Assembly: GCA_000004985.1 (NCBI GenBank) | Contig: GG738880.1 | Origin: Naegleria gruberi | Taxonomy: Eukaryota | Length of the DNA: 64,000 nucleotides | Strand: one strand, 5' to 3' | Part shown: positions 21,049 to 33,900 of the stretch, piece by piece | Numbering within the stretch: position 1 is the first letter of the stretch | Layout of the letters: the number at the start of each line of letters is the position of its first letter | Translations under genes and position numbers: made by a program | The notes under the pieces: model-generated | What the model saw: only the letters and a program-made list of their open reading frames with translations | Database searches by the model: none | Told to the model about the DNA's origin: nothing

Positions 21049-24000
21049 TTAATGTTTAGGATGTCTCGAATGCACCAACTGAGTCAAGCTAGCCAATTCT
21101 GATGATAGTTTAGAGGATTTGGATGTTTCTTCCAAGTTATCGGAACGAAGTTTAATCTTGTCAAGTTTTTGGTCTAACTTGCTGATTTGTTCGTCCTTCA
21201 CTTTGATTAATTTGACTATCTTTTCAGTATCGATTGATAAAGACCCTCCAGATGAAGATGATTGGTCACCATTATATTGGGCAATTTGTTTAAGGAGATA
21301 GTTAATCTTTTGCTCGCTTTCTTTTTGAAGTTTGATTTGCCTTCTTTCGTAAACAAGTTCTGTAAGACGAATATTATTTTGGAGGTTTTCAACCATTTTG
21401 TCTCTATCTTTGAGGTTAAGCTCCAGTTCCAAAATCTTTTGCTTTTTCACTTTTTCATCTTCTTTCAGTTCAATAACTTTTTCGAAATATTGTTTCAATA
21501 ACACTTTGGCTTCAGAAACAGATCCAATTTCATTGAACATAGACATGGAAAATGATTCATTATCTGCAAATCTCAACTTGTTCTGGAATTGTTCAATTGT
21601 TTCAGTCTTGTATTGGATTTCAGCATCAAGTACTTCTGTTCTTTCGTTAATCTCCTCAAGCTCTTCTTCTTCCTTTTTAATTTGATCCTTGGCTTTTTGC
21701 TCGAGCTTATCTCTGTGCTTAAGGAATTTTTCTCTTCTTTGGTGCAACACGTCGATTTGTTGTTGGAGATCGTTAATAATTTTTGCTTCAGTTTTCAAGC
21801 AATTATTACTGTTGGAAGTTCTCTTGCTCTTTAGAATCGTTTCCTTTTCAATAATTTCTCTTTCAACTTCTTCTAACTGTTTCTCAATATCAACCATTGA
21901 CTCTTGCATGAATTGATTCTTTCGTATTTTTCTCATTTCAATATCCTGCTTAGCAGTTATCATATGTTCCTTTTCTTGAATGATGGATTCTCTTCTTGCA
22001 AGCTCTTTTTCCAAAGTTTCAATAGCATCTTTCTTTGTCATATATTTTTCAATCTCCTTATCGAGCCATTCTTTTTGTTTGTCTATTTCTGTTGATGATG
22101 CTTTCATCTTGGAAGATCTTGAGAGTTGATACCTGTTCAACCGTAACTGCTGATTAACCTTTTCAACTTCTTCAGATTTCTTATCGAGAAGTGATCTTTG
22201 CTTTTGGTTTTCAATTTCCAACTCTCTAATTCTTTTTTGACTCAGCTCAGCTTGTTTTCTTAACCCAGCAATTTGTTTCAATTGAGATGAATACGATTGG
22301 TTTTGTTTTTCAGTTTCTTCCTTAATCTTATTCCTGAGAGAATCCTGTTGCGATTTCATCTTTGTAATTTCGGATTGAAGATCGTAAACTTTCTTATCAC
22401 TTTGATATTTTAACTTTGATATTCTATCTGATTCATTTGCCTTTTTTCTGAATTCTGAGAGTTGAAAATTTTGTTTCTTGAGCCTTTCTTCATAGTCAGC
22501 CTGGATTCTCTTCTTTTCCTCTTCCTTTTTTCCTTTCTCCATATCAGCTGTTTCAAGGGCAGTCATTAGTTTTTCAAGCTCCTGTTGAGTAGCAATCACT
22601 GACGATTCCATTTCAAGAATCTTCTTTTCATAATTTTCTTGGATAACCAATGATTCGTGTTCACTCTTAAGTAAGTCTCTTATCAACTCCTCTTTCAATT
22701 TAATCATTACAGTCAAGTCTTTCAAGCTTTGCTCATATTTCCTCTGTTTCTTCATGAAAATCATTTTATGTTCTTGCATTTGCTTCTCTACCATTGTCTT
22801 TTCCATTTCGATTTGGTTTTGTTGATTGTACATCATGTTCTTTTCTTTTTCTATATTCTTAATATCGTTCTCTATTTGATTAAGCTCTCCTTCAACAACA
22901 GGTGATTCCTCTCTTGGACTGTCCTCTTGTGGTGGAGGTACACTTATTGGTTGAGCCATGTTTTTACTGACAAGAACAGGCATTGGAGGAAGACTAGCAA
23001 TCCCCAGCTCTTCAGGAAGACTCTGAATATATTCACCTAATTGAGCAACCTTCTTCATTTCCAACTCCAAATCTTGTTTGAGTGCTTGAACATTTTTCTT
23101 CAACACCCAATTTGTTTTTGATAATCTCTTAATTTCTCTCATCTTTTCAGTAAATATTTTTTCATCACGTTTAAGGTCATCCCTTGCCTCTTTAACTTCC
23201 TGCTTTAATGTATCAATAACTTTGTTCTTGTCATCTTCACTTCTGTTGGAATCGGTATCAGATCCCAAACTTGAAGTGGAGTCAACTCTCTCCAATGTTA
23301 ATGAACCAGTTACATCGTTCGAAACAACAGCCTCTAAAGCAGAAATTATTTCAGAAATTTTCTCTTTTGGAATATCCAAAGAACTCCATGGGATTTTTTT
23401 AAGAATTCTAAGAACATCTTTCACTTTGTTTCTAAATGCCCTAAATCGTTGTACGTAAGAATCTCTTTCTGATTGTATCTTTGATAAATTTTCGTTAAGA
23501 TCTTCTATCTTGGTATTGGAATTTGTTAATTGTTCCTTCAACAATTTGGTTTCATCTCGTATACTATTTACATCAGAGAATCTTTGGTTGTCTTCAAATT
23601 TAAGCAAATTCTCTACAGATGGGTTAAATCCTTCTGGACTCATTCTTTGTTGCATTAAAGCAAGTTTTAGTGATTGAATTTCGTTTCTTAATTGGTCTAT
23701 TTGCATTGAATGAGGATCTATATTCACAACTGGTTTGTTCTTAATGTTTCTTGCTCTGTTGGCATATTTTAAGGTATTCACTGTTTCTTCAAAATTTGAA
23801 TCTGCTGGGGAAATACAAGCAATCATAACTGTTTTGCTGTTACCACCCAAGCTATCTTGCAATAACCTCGTAAGCTTGGAGTCTCTGTATGGAACGTGAG
23901 TTATGTGGGCCCTCTTCTTCTCGTCTCCCAAAGCACTAATCACATTACCAAGAGCCAATAATCCACAATTGATTTGAACAGCCTCTTTAAATCGAACTCC

Positions 24001-25003
24001 AACAGCTCCCGTTCTCTTTGTTCTTTCACTACCAGCCAAGTCCACTAAATGGAACTTGGCAGTCATGTATTGTTCTCCGTTTCCTGTTGAATCAGAATTT
24101 TCTCCTTTAACTCTCTGTTCAAGTAAAATAGTAAATATGGAATGTGACCTACTCGACACTTCATTCATTAATGTACTTCCTACAGTTCTATACAAGCTAC
24201 CAGTTTCCAAGCAGCCTATCATATCATCAAAACTTTGGACTAGCTCTTCTTTAATCCCCGAAAGGAATATCCCTTTTTTCTCATCTTCTCTTATTTGAAT
24301 CAATTTTGATGATGTTGTCGGAGAAAGTAGATCCTTAATAGTTTCATTATAAATTTCAAGAAAAGAAACTTTCACAACACACTCCATATCTGTTCTTTGT
24401 TTTACAGTTTCGAATATTTGTTGAATAACTCTCGGTATAACTCCTAGTTCTTCATCTAATAAATTTGATGAATTTGCTGTTCCCATTGTAAATGTTTTCC
24501 CCGAGCCCTAATAAAAGTTAGATCCAAAAAGTTCATAAAGATAACATACTGTTTGACCATAGGCAAGAACTGTTGCATTATATCCTTGAAAAAGTCCATC
24601 CACTAATGATTTTACTGAAGAGTCATAAATTGCTGACTAAATTTTGATGATGAAAATATTGTATTTTGTCGTTACATACCTGCATTGAATTTTGCCCGAA
24701 TACATAATCAAAGGCAAATGTTCTATCCTTTCCTATTATTATTTGTTTTTGATCTATTGTTACACATTCTCTACTCTTCTCCAATTTTTCCTTTGGAAGC
24801 ATGGGTCTTATCCTCACTGCAACTTTTACAGTTAACTCGGGAGATGATGTATTAATATTATTCATTGATGATTGTAAGATTGATCCTTCCCCTGAAGAAG
24901 GAAATCTATCACTTGTATTCACTGGAATAAATAAAGGAGTACCACTTCCACTATTATTCAATGATCCATTTAAACTTGCATTATTTCCACCACTGAAACT
25001 CAT
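21049..25003 (-). CDS. Kinesin-4 family (chromokinesin/KIF4-like) motor protein with 3 exons (24680-25003, 24550-24636, 21049-24507; about 1289 aa)
   Basis: The N-terminal motor spans three exons. The first exon encodes VKVAVRIRPMLPKE...FAFDYVFGQNSMQ. After a 43-nt intron the second exon encodes SAIYDSSVKSLVDGLFQGYNATVLAYGQT. After a 42-nt intron the third exon begins GSGKTFTMG (P-loop), followed by SSRSHSIFT and VDLAGSERTKRTG. The kinesin-4-diagnostic LLALGNVISALGD...HVPYRDSKLTRLLQDSLGGNS is present. About 900 aa of coiled-coil stalk follow. Both short introns have GTATGT donors and TAG acceptors. Confidence 0.85.
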
Positions 25004-25206
25004 TTTTTTTATTAATTTTTTGTATATGGAATTGGCGGGAAAAGTGTTTTAATCCTTCTGCTCAGCCACATGTTTGATAATTCTGTTAAATGTGCTGTCC
25101 ATGATTGGTTTGAGTGAGTCTATATCAATTGCTGTTGTAATATGTATTTTGATATCTTTCCTAGTAGTTTGCTCCATAAATTTAGAAACAATAAAATCAA
25201 TATTTC

Positions 25207-28200
25207 CTAATTTGGTGTTTGAGAATGTGTGAATAATATAGAATTAAACTTACTCTTAATAAATGATTGTCCAAATTCATACCAATATTTGTATACACCC
25301 TTAGCAAATATTCTTCTATTTGATTTTATAGAATGATCACTATTTTGTGAATCATCTATTGATGATCTTGTTGAAATAGTCTTCATTGAAATTGAAGGAA
25401 CAGAAATAAAAATCTTATTGTCAGCATCCTCTTGCATATAGAGTGCATACTTGGAAATGATAATATTTTCATCAACATCTTCTTGATATCTTAAACATAA
25501 ACTTCTCCACACAATATCACTGTAATTAAGATGTATTATCATTGTGTAAATATTTGGCATATAAAATATTGAAAAACTAACCTTGTAGCAATTCTATAAA
25601 AGTCATAATTAACCTCACTAAGAGAACACAAGTCTTTTGCATCAAGAAACATGCACACATAGATAAGAGCCTCTGGAGGAAGTTCTATCATGACACGTGA
25701 TGTATCTTCTTCACAATAGGTCCATTCAGCATCATCATCAAGAACATCATTCTCTGTATCGTCCTCCTCTTCTGCACCAACATTGGTACTGGTTAATTGT
25801 TGCAATCCTCTTACATTACAATTCGAATAATTCTGACTCATAATTTGTCTCAATAAATTGTCATCAGATAAGCGATTAGGGTTGAAATGCCTACTCATAG
25901 TACTCAGGGAACTACATGAGGCCTTACTCTCGGTTTCAATTGCTTTATCTAATACGGATGGTGCTCTTACAGGTTCTTCCTTCTTCTTCTTTCTTTTTTG
26001 GCTTAATTGATTGTTAAATCTTTGACCGAGAGGATATTGTTGTGCTAGTTGTTCCTCTTCTCTTTTAGCTCTTGGTGTTAAGAAACCAAAGATTGATGTT
26101 TTCTTTTTAGTTTGAGCAAGAGCTTTCTTCAATGATCTTTTTTCTTCCTTAGAAATTAGATCATCAAAAATATTCTTCTCCTCATTTTGTGAAAGTACAA
26201 ACTCTGAGAAGTCTTCAGAATCAGTACCATTCTTAAATTCATAGGATAGAGACTTTTCATTCATCTTTCGTTTCTTTTCTACTCCTTCCATGAATTGATC
26301 GAATGCAATATCATCAGAATCTTCTTCTAATTTCTTTTGATGTGAGTTTAATCTCTCTTGAATATAATTTGTTGCAAATTGATAAAATCGATTTTTGGCG
26401 TTCAATTTCAAATCGTCTGGAACCTCTTTACCAAAAGCAATTGAAAGATCATGTTTCTGAATCTTTTCTAAAAATACATCATATTTGTTAAATATTAAGA
26501 AAACTGGTACATCAGCAAAGAAGGTCGAATTAATAATCTCATTAAATACAAGCAAACTTTCCATCATTCTATTAGTTTTTCTATCTTCGTAGAGAACTTG
26601 ATTATATTCACTTAGAGCCACAACAAACAAAACAGCGCTCACTTCATCAAAGCCATTAATCCATTTCTTTCTTTCACTTCTTTGTGAACCCATATTTACA
26701 ACTCTAATTGGTTTATACATGACAAGTGTTTTGGAGCTTTGAGAATCTTTCATAATCTTATTCTCAAATATTGGTTCTAATAGACTTGTGTTTTGTGGTA
26801 AAATATCATCAAGTTCCATTGTAAATTTAGTATCTTGAAATCTGTCTTGTATAGTATAAGATACAACATAATCTTTCTTTGGTTTAGAAGTCTGTTGATC
26901 TAAGAATGATCCATCAATACTCATTGAACAATCAAAAGAATTAACCGCATTAAGATCATTTGGAGATTGATCTGATCTTTCTACACCCAGTCTAACTTTC
27001 TCATTTTCACAATTATAGTAATAGTAGGTTGTTGTCTTTCTAATTTTAATTGGAACATGAAAAAGAGACTCAACTAAACCAGTTGTTCTCATTCTAATTC
27101 TCAAAATATCATTAATTGTTGGGACATAATATGGATCAGCAATTCTATCTATACTTGTAAACCAATATCTTGCACTTTCCATATAATCAAAACACATTTC
27201 ATTTCCCATTTCATAAATTTCTTGAATTTGAGGAACTTCGTACCATAAATATTTAATCTTTTCCGCAACTGACTTGGTCATTACCCAATAATTATCCTTA
27301 TTCATATTACTAACAGCGTCCAAAACAGCATTAATACTATCAATTAAATAATAATCATGCATTGGATCTAATAATTGAAAATTGATAGCGTGATAAATGT
27401 TTGTGCAACCATCAACAAGTCCATACATTGCTAAAAGTGTATTTCTATGAATGGGATAAATAAAAAGTCGTCTATATTCTGGATTTCTATAACTGTTTGA
27501 AAAATCTTCTCTTAAATCAATTGAATCTCTTAATGATTCATCAAATATAATACATTGCAAGTCAGTAGGAGTACTCAAATCAAAACTATGTGTTCTTGGT
27601 GATTTGGGAATTGTGGAGGTATTTCTTGTTGATAAAAACTCTCCATTCGAATTTACACTATTTACACTTAAGTAATTGGAATTCACGCTCGAAGAAATAG
27701 GTGAATTTTGATGAATATTTGATAAACTTGAGTTCAAACTAGAAGAAATACTTCCTTGTTGTAGAAAGTTATTAGATGAAGTATTCGAATAACTATTATT
27801 ATATACAAGATGAGGTGTTGTACTCAAAGAGGAACCTGAAATTGAGTTGGATACCACTTGTTGATGTGAAGAATTTGTTGTTGTTGTTGTTGATGAAGTG
27901 CCTCCATTGTATTTCCGTTTTATGGGATACCAATAATTGAGCGATTTAACTATTGTTGATTTTCCTCCTAATTATTTTCATATTCGAAATTAATTGATTG
28001 TTAATAGATAATTTGATGTTTCGAATATATATTTGTTTAATAATAATTTCAAGTTTCGTCATGATATTGTTTAAAAGATCATTCATATAATATTGCGTAG
28101 ATGATGATGATGAATCCGTTAAATGTTATATTTTGTGGTAAATTTAATATATATGAAAAAACACAACACGGGTGTAAATACAACAATAAAAATTTCAACT

Positions 28201-28357
28201 TATACAAACCTTCGCCTGTGCCTAACAAGACGATTTTGGTTGGTTTCTTCACTTCATCAAGAGAGTTATTAGGTGATGTATTGTTATTGTTGACACGGGT
28301 TGACAGATTGGGGTAAAGAAGGGCTGCATTCTGTTGATTAGAGAACTTTACACCCAT
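25207..28357 (-). CDS. Divergent heterotrimeric-G-protein alpha-like protein with a C-terminal F-box-like motif, with 3 exons (28210-28357, 25582-27967, 25207-25519; about 948 aa)
   Basis: Exon 1 encodes MGVKFSNQQNAALLYPNL...KKPTKIVLLGTGE. It ends at the donor GTTTGT at 28209. A 242-nt AT-rich intron ends at aattag (27968). Splicing restores a P-loop, LLGTGEGGKSTIVK (GxGxxGKST). Later motifs follow the G-alpha pattern: YVPTINDILRIRMRTTGLVE (switch I RxxTxGI), NMGSQRSERKKWINGFDEVSAVLFVVALSEYNQVLYEDRKTNRMMESLLVF (G3 / switch II), and VPVFLIFNKYDVFLEKI (G4, N-K-x-D). The protein then continues to LPPEALIYVCMFLDAKDLCSLSEVNYDFYRIATS|DIVWRSLC. The bar marks a 62-nt intron (25520-25581) with donor GTTAGT. 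This last segment is F-box-like. Confidence 0.7.
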
Positions 28358-28865
28358 TTTTTAATTGTGTTTGATGGTAATTGTTTTGGGAAATTATTGT
28401 TTGGCTATGAAAAATCACAAAGAGAGCAATAATTGTATGGCACACTGTATTGCAATTCAATCAGTTGGTTGTTGTGCTGCAGCTTGCTTGTTTATTTCTC
28501 AATAGAGGTTTAGGTCTATTTTGGAAGCAAAAATTAAATTGGTGCATAGTGTGTGAAAAGCTTTTCAATTCAATAGGGCCCACACAAAAATACTATTTTG
28601 TAAATTAGCTCCTTTCATAGATTGGTCAGTCAACTCTCTGTAAATTCCATGAAAAGTGGATAAAGTAAATCTTTAAATGAGACACCAAATAAATAAACAT
28701 ATTAATTTCTACATTTTTATTCTTTTGATGATTTCATTAACAATTTAATCTGATGCATTCTCAGCAAAAGTCAATTCCATTATTTTGTTTGAAAATATGC
28801 CATGTGAAGATATATTTCCAAATTTAAAAATGTCAATAAGCCAAATGGTGAATCCATCCTCAAAC

Positions 28866-30416
28866 TTACAAACCTGGAATGGCTTTTGGACCCAAGCCAG
28901 GTAAGAAACTTGAAGATGATGTAAAAGTGTCCTTGGCTGAAGGTTGATGGGAATTTTGAGTAAGCATTTGGTAAGGAAGAGGTAATTCATGAACATTATA
29001 CTTGTCATCCATCTTATCACCAGGTCTATTTCTCACCCAAAACTTGGTTGAGTGGTCATTACTTCCAGAACATAAAATATGACCGAATGGATGCCATGCA
29101 ATATCCCAAACAGCACTTGAGTGAGCTTCCTTAATTTTAGCCTGTGGAGATTCATTACCAACCATCCAAAACATAATATTACCATCATAAGAACCACTGG
29201 CAAATAAGTTTTCATGGAATGGATGCCAGGCAAGACAAGTAACTTCTCTGTTATGCCCTTTGAATGTTTGGAATTCCTTAAGATATCTAATATCATATAA
29301 TTTGATAAGTTGATCCTTTGAACAACTCATAACCCAGTTACCGTTCATATTCCACTTGATATTGAAAATAGTATTTTTGTGACCGTGGAGAGTAGCAACA
29401 CATGAAGCAGATCTAGCATCCCATAATTTTACAAGGTAATCCTTAGCACCACTAGCAATTAAACTATTTCTTGGATGCCAATCACAACATCTGACGTCAC
29501 TACCGTGACCACTTAAAGTATTTTCAACTGTTGCTCTTTCAAAATCCCAAACCTTAATAGTACCATCATCGGAACAACTGCAAAACTTTGAATCAGATGG
29601 TGCAAATCCTAAATCTCTAATACATTCCTCGTGTCCTTTTTTAATTTCTAAAACGTTATTCATATTAGGTTGCCAATATTTAATAGCTCCTGCGTTATCA
29701 GCACTTGCCATGAAAGTATCGTTGTGATTCCAAACCATGGCTCTGATTGGATCGTTGTGTGCTAATTGAATAGTTTCAAAGTTGAAGGCCATACCATTCC
29801 ACAATGTGAATTGTCCACTTGATATTCCTGTCAACAATCTTCTACCATCAGGTGTCCAAGAAACAACGTGAACAGCATATCTTTCCTTGTTTGTACTTGA
29901 GTGTTCAAAATTACTTGTAATACATGTTGTTGGATTTTGTTTATAGGCTGATGGTGGTAATAAGTTAATTTCATAAGCAGGATGTGGAGGTATATACATT
30001 AAATCTCTCTTTGATCTTTCATAAATTCTGCTTCTAGTTAATTGGATGACTGTAGGACTGTAATCGATAAACTTTCTGTCAATAGCCTTTCTCATACGTT
30101 TACCATCATACACCATTTTACCTTGTTGTTGTTGAATAAAATTTGGTGCTACTGGACCATCGTCTTGTGCAACACCGTGTTGTTGCAAGGCTTGTTGTTG
30201 TTGTTGTGCAAAAGCAGCAATACCTCCTTGTGGAGCATTATTTTCTCCTCCATTTGGTTGTTGTTGTTGCTGTTGATTATTATTATTATTTCTAGGTATC
30301 CTATTATTATTGTTATTTCTATTATTTTGATTATTGTTATTGTAGGGATGGTGACGCTGCTGATTGTTGTGGCCCATCCTTCCACCGCCACCATGTTGTT
30401 GGTGTTGTTGATTCAT
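28866..30416 (-). CDS. WDR33 / Pfs2-type WD40 pre-mRNA 3'-end processing (polyadenylation) factor
   Basis: After a Q/N-rich N-terminus, the WD repeats align closely with WDR33: [90 protein letters not shown], and [28 protein letters not shown]. The ATG is at 30416. The 3' end may include a spliced exon: a GTTTGT sits at the stop. Confidence 0.8.
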   Translation of the reverse strand: MNQQHQQHGGGGRMGHNNQQRHHPYNNNNQNNRNNNNNRIPRNNNNNQQQQQQPNGGENNAPQGGIAAFAQQQQQALQQHGVAQDDGPVAPNFIQQQQGKMVYDGKRMRKAIDRKFIDYSPTVIQLTRSRIYERSKRDLMYIPPHPAYEINLLPPSAYKQNPTTCITSNFEHSSTNKERYAVHVVSWTPDGRRLLTGISSGQFTLWNGMAFNFETIQLAHNDPIRAMVWNHNDTFMASADNAGAIKYWQPNMNNVLEIKKGHEECIRDLGFAPSDSKFCSCSDDGTIKVWDFERATVENTLSGHGSDVRCCDWHPRNSLIASGAKDYLVKLWDARSASCVATLHGHKNTIFNIKWNMNGNWVMSCSKDQLIKLYDIRYLKEFQTFKGHNREVTCLAWHPFHENLFASGSYDGNIMFWMVGNESPQAKIKEAHSSAVWDIAWHPFGHILCSGSNDHSTKFWVRNRPGDKMDDKYNVHELPLPYQMLTQNSHQPSAKDTFTSSSSFLPGLGPKAIPGL

Positions 30417-30969
30417 TTTATTTTTAATTAAATTTAATATTATTTTTTTAAAAATTTAGTAGAAATATTATTAATCATCACTCCAGGTTGTTGTTATTCA
30501 ACTCAAAACCTTCTACCAGTTTGGTTTATCATTTGCTCGGGCAGGAAATTAAGATCTTAACATCCTCAATAATACAATTAAAAAATGAATCAAGTTTCTT
30601 AAGATAACATTTAAACCTCAATCCATCACCCGAATATTAATATTGATAAATCAAGGATGACTGAACCAACAGGAGGAAGCCTTGCAAATTATTCGTTCCC
30701 TCACTTTCTCTTAGGATGATCCTCTCACAGAGGGTAAGCGCACTTCTTTGGCTTTTCACTGATTTAAAAGATGATGGCCAAGAGAGGTGAATGAGCACAA
30801 GTCTAACATCACACAGAAAAAAAATTATAACAATTCTTCTGTTGGTTCTCTCTCTTTCTTTTTTGTAGTGTAAGAACAGACGAAACACAACAATTCACTA
30901 CATTATTTTCTAGTCAACCAACAACAAGTATAACAATAAGAAACTAGACAATATAACAACAATAAGAAA

Positions 30970-33900
30970 ATGAATTCTAGTGAAAATGTTGTTACTGATC
31001 AAAAAACAACATCATCAACATCACCCAATACTACTCAACCAACAACAACAACATCAATAACAAATTCATCAAGTCAGAGAGCAAACGAATCTTTTAGAAA
31101 AATGAAAGAAAGATTATCTTTGACATCAGATGAAATGGTTGGTGATTGTGTTGATGAAGAAGAGGAAGAATATTCACTACAATCGATGGAACAAAATATC
31201 AATAGTTTACATACAATAATTGATAAATTAACAACAATATTTAAACCACTTTTTAATGAAACAAGTAATCAAACTAATACTTCATTAACGATAACAAAAA
31301 TTGAACCACAATTCGGACCACTGCAAAAACAAACACAAGTTACAATTAACTTTTCAATACCTTTTGTTGTTCAACAAACAAATACAACAACAAATAACAA
31401 AACAAATGTTATTCCACTAGATAGATATAAAGTAATTTTTGGTAAATTCATAATAGAACCTCAAAATATTCAATCAAATACTTTACAATTTTTAACACCA
31501 AGTATTGATAATAATCAAAATAGTTATGAAATTAAAGTACTAGATTTAGAAAGTTATCAATTCATTTCATCAAATCCTGCAATTTCATTCACTTTTTTAA
31601 CAGATCCTAAAGAAGAAGCATTAACAGATTTAAATAGAGTAAAGGATTTATTTAATCAAAAAAAGAATGAACTTTTACACGAGAAGACATATTCTAATGG
31701 ACAAACAGCATTACATGTTGCTTTTAAATTGGCTCAATTTGAAATTGTAAAATATTTAGTATTACAATCAGATGAATTTGATTGTCTTGTACAACAAGAT
31801 GATAATGGACATACACCATTTGACGTTGCCATGAACAACAAACATTATTTATTCTTAACAAAAATTATTGATTGGTTGAAACAAGTTGTGAAAAACAAAT
31901 TACAATTCCAACAAAATCAATTTTTAAATATGCCATCAAATAATATCAATAGTGGAGCTTCTCCAATAAGTGTACCATCTCTCAATTTGAGTAACAATTC
32001 AACACCATTAACATCAAGTCAAAGTTTTATTAGTAGTAATAGTAATACATTGGCATCTCCAATTGGTGGAAGTTATTCTGCTAGAGATTTAAACTCTGTT
32101 ACATCAGCAACATCATCTGCTCGTAGTTCATTAGATAGACATCGTGGATCATTTGATAAGCGTCGTTCTAGAGATTTGACAATTACTACAAGTTTAACTC
32201 CAAAGAAAATCAACTCACCAACTTCAAATTTTGATTCAAGTGTTTCTGAAAATTTTGGCACTCCAAACAATCACCAAACTTCAGATGCAACTCCAAATTC
32301 TGCACCTCATATTTCATCTTCAGTTCCTACACAATCTCCTCTCACAAATTTCAGAACTACAACTGATATTTCTGATGATATTGTTACAAATGGAATTAAT
32401 TCAAGAAAATCAAATCATAAGCGTGTATTAACAAATTTGGGTAGTCAAAAGAATCAATCAACTCCTGTGATGCTCGATGATGAAAGTACAGAAGATGATT
32501 CTGACTCAGCAGCAATTTATTCTGCTGTTACCCCTGTAAAATTACAAGCAACTGTTGAAGAAAGGGAAGAAGAAGCCATTTCAAATTTAATTGTCAAGTA
32601 TAGACTGGATCAATACAGTGATATTTACAAGGAAATGTTGGATAGAAATGATCCTCTAGTTCATAAAATAACTAGAAAGATTGAAATGAGAGATGATTGG
32701 GATAATTCTTTCAAAAAGAGAAAGGAAACTATGCTTGTTCCGCTCACACGTGAAAAATCCTACTTGGAAGAAGTTCAATTGGAGAGAAGAGCCAATCCAT
32801 TCAAGCCAAGTATTTATTATGATGAAGAGGTTGATGATGGATATACTGAAGGAACCTTGTTGCTTTCTCAATTCCATGAAGACAGTTCAAAATTGTTACC
32901 TTACAATGTTTTGAGTACAATTCAAACCATGTCTTCTGATTTTATCATTGTTTCTTTCAAATCATTGGATACTAAAGTTAGAGATGTAGTTTTTAACGTT
33001 GATGATTTGAAACAAGTTAGTTATGAAATTGATATTCTTGATAGAAAGAAAATTGATGATAAAAGGAAGAAAGCACAAAAGAGTAATGAATCACCAACAG
33101 CTGCTGATGAATTGGACGTTTCTCTAGTTCTTCCAGGTAAGCAAAAATTACTTGCCATAGAAGGATTACAAGAACCAGAGTTCTTGTTGGCTACCTTTGA
33201 AGATGTTTTCCCATGTGAAGATCAACAAAAAGTAACTAATGACGATACCAAGTTATTATACTCTGATTTTGAATGGGAACCTTCACACATTGATCCAACA
33301 AGTCAATATCTTTTCGAATTGAAAGGTTTTGAATTGGATGTAAATAAGAAACTTGATATTCCTCTTGAGGAAGCATACTTTGTAACTGTTTCACTCTATA
33401 CTTATACTGATAAGGCATTTAAAAAGATATCAGAAGATGTAGAATTCAAGATTGAAACACATCCAAAAGAAGAAGATACTATCACCAAATTGAAAGCTAT
33501 GTTTTCTGTACAAAAGAATTTTGAATCCAAAGTTGTTGCCTTGTTTAAATTTTTTAGAAGATTCAAAGGTGAATTGACTGAAACTTTGAACGATTTGTAT
33601 ACTCAAAAAGCAGAAAAGGTAAAACAAGGTGATGTTAAAAAGTACTTTACAAAAAATGAAAAATTATGCACATTCCCTGGAGTTGCCAGTTCAATTTCAA
33701 TCTTTGGTTGGTCTGCAATTCATTTACAAGATTGTTTGAAGAGGTCAGAGGTTGTTTTAAGTGATAGTTTGTACATTCTCCCAAGAAAATGTAGAACAGG
33801 AGATGCTATTTTATTGGATAGTTATCTAGATGTTTATACTAATGCAGTTGAACGTGAATCAAAACCATTGATGAAAAAGACTATCTATGGTAAATTGTCA

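Noticed and set aside
21119-24298. Many 60-95-aa + strand ORFs inside the kinesin gene (21119-22095, 23222-23458, 24056-24298)
   Set aside because: These are shadow ORFs antisense to a long, well-supported coding exon. They are low-complexity Leu/Ser/Phe-rich translations with no start context.
28745-29020. 91-aa minus ORF overlapping the WDR33 3' end
   Set aside because: It is a different frame reading through the stop region into intergenic DNA. It would only be relevant if a 3' exon exists (see finding). I see no domain content.
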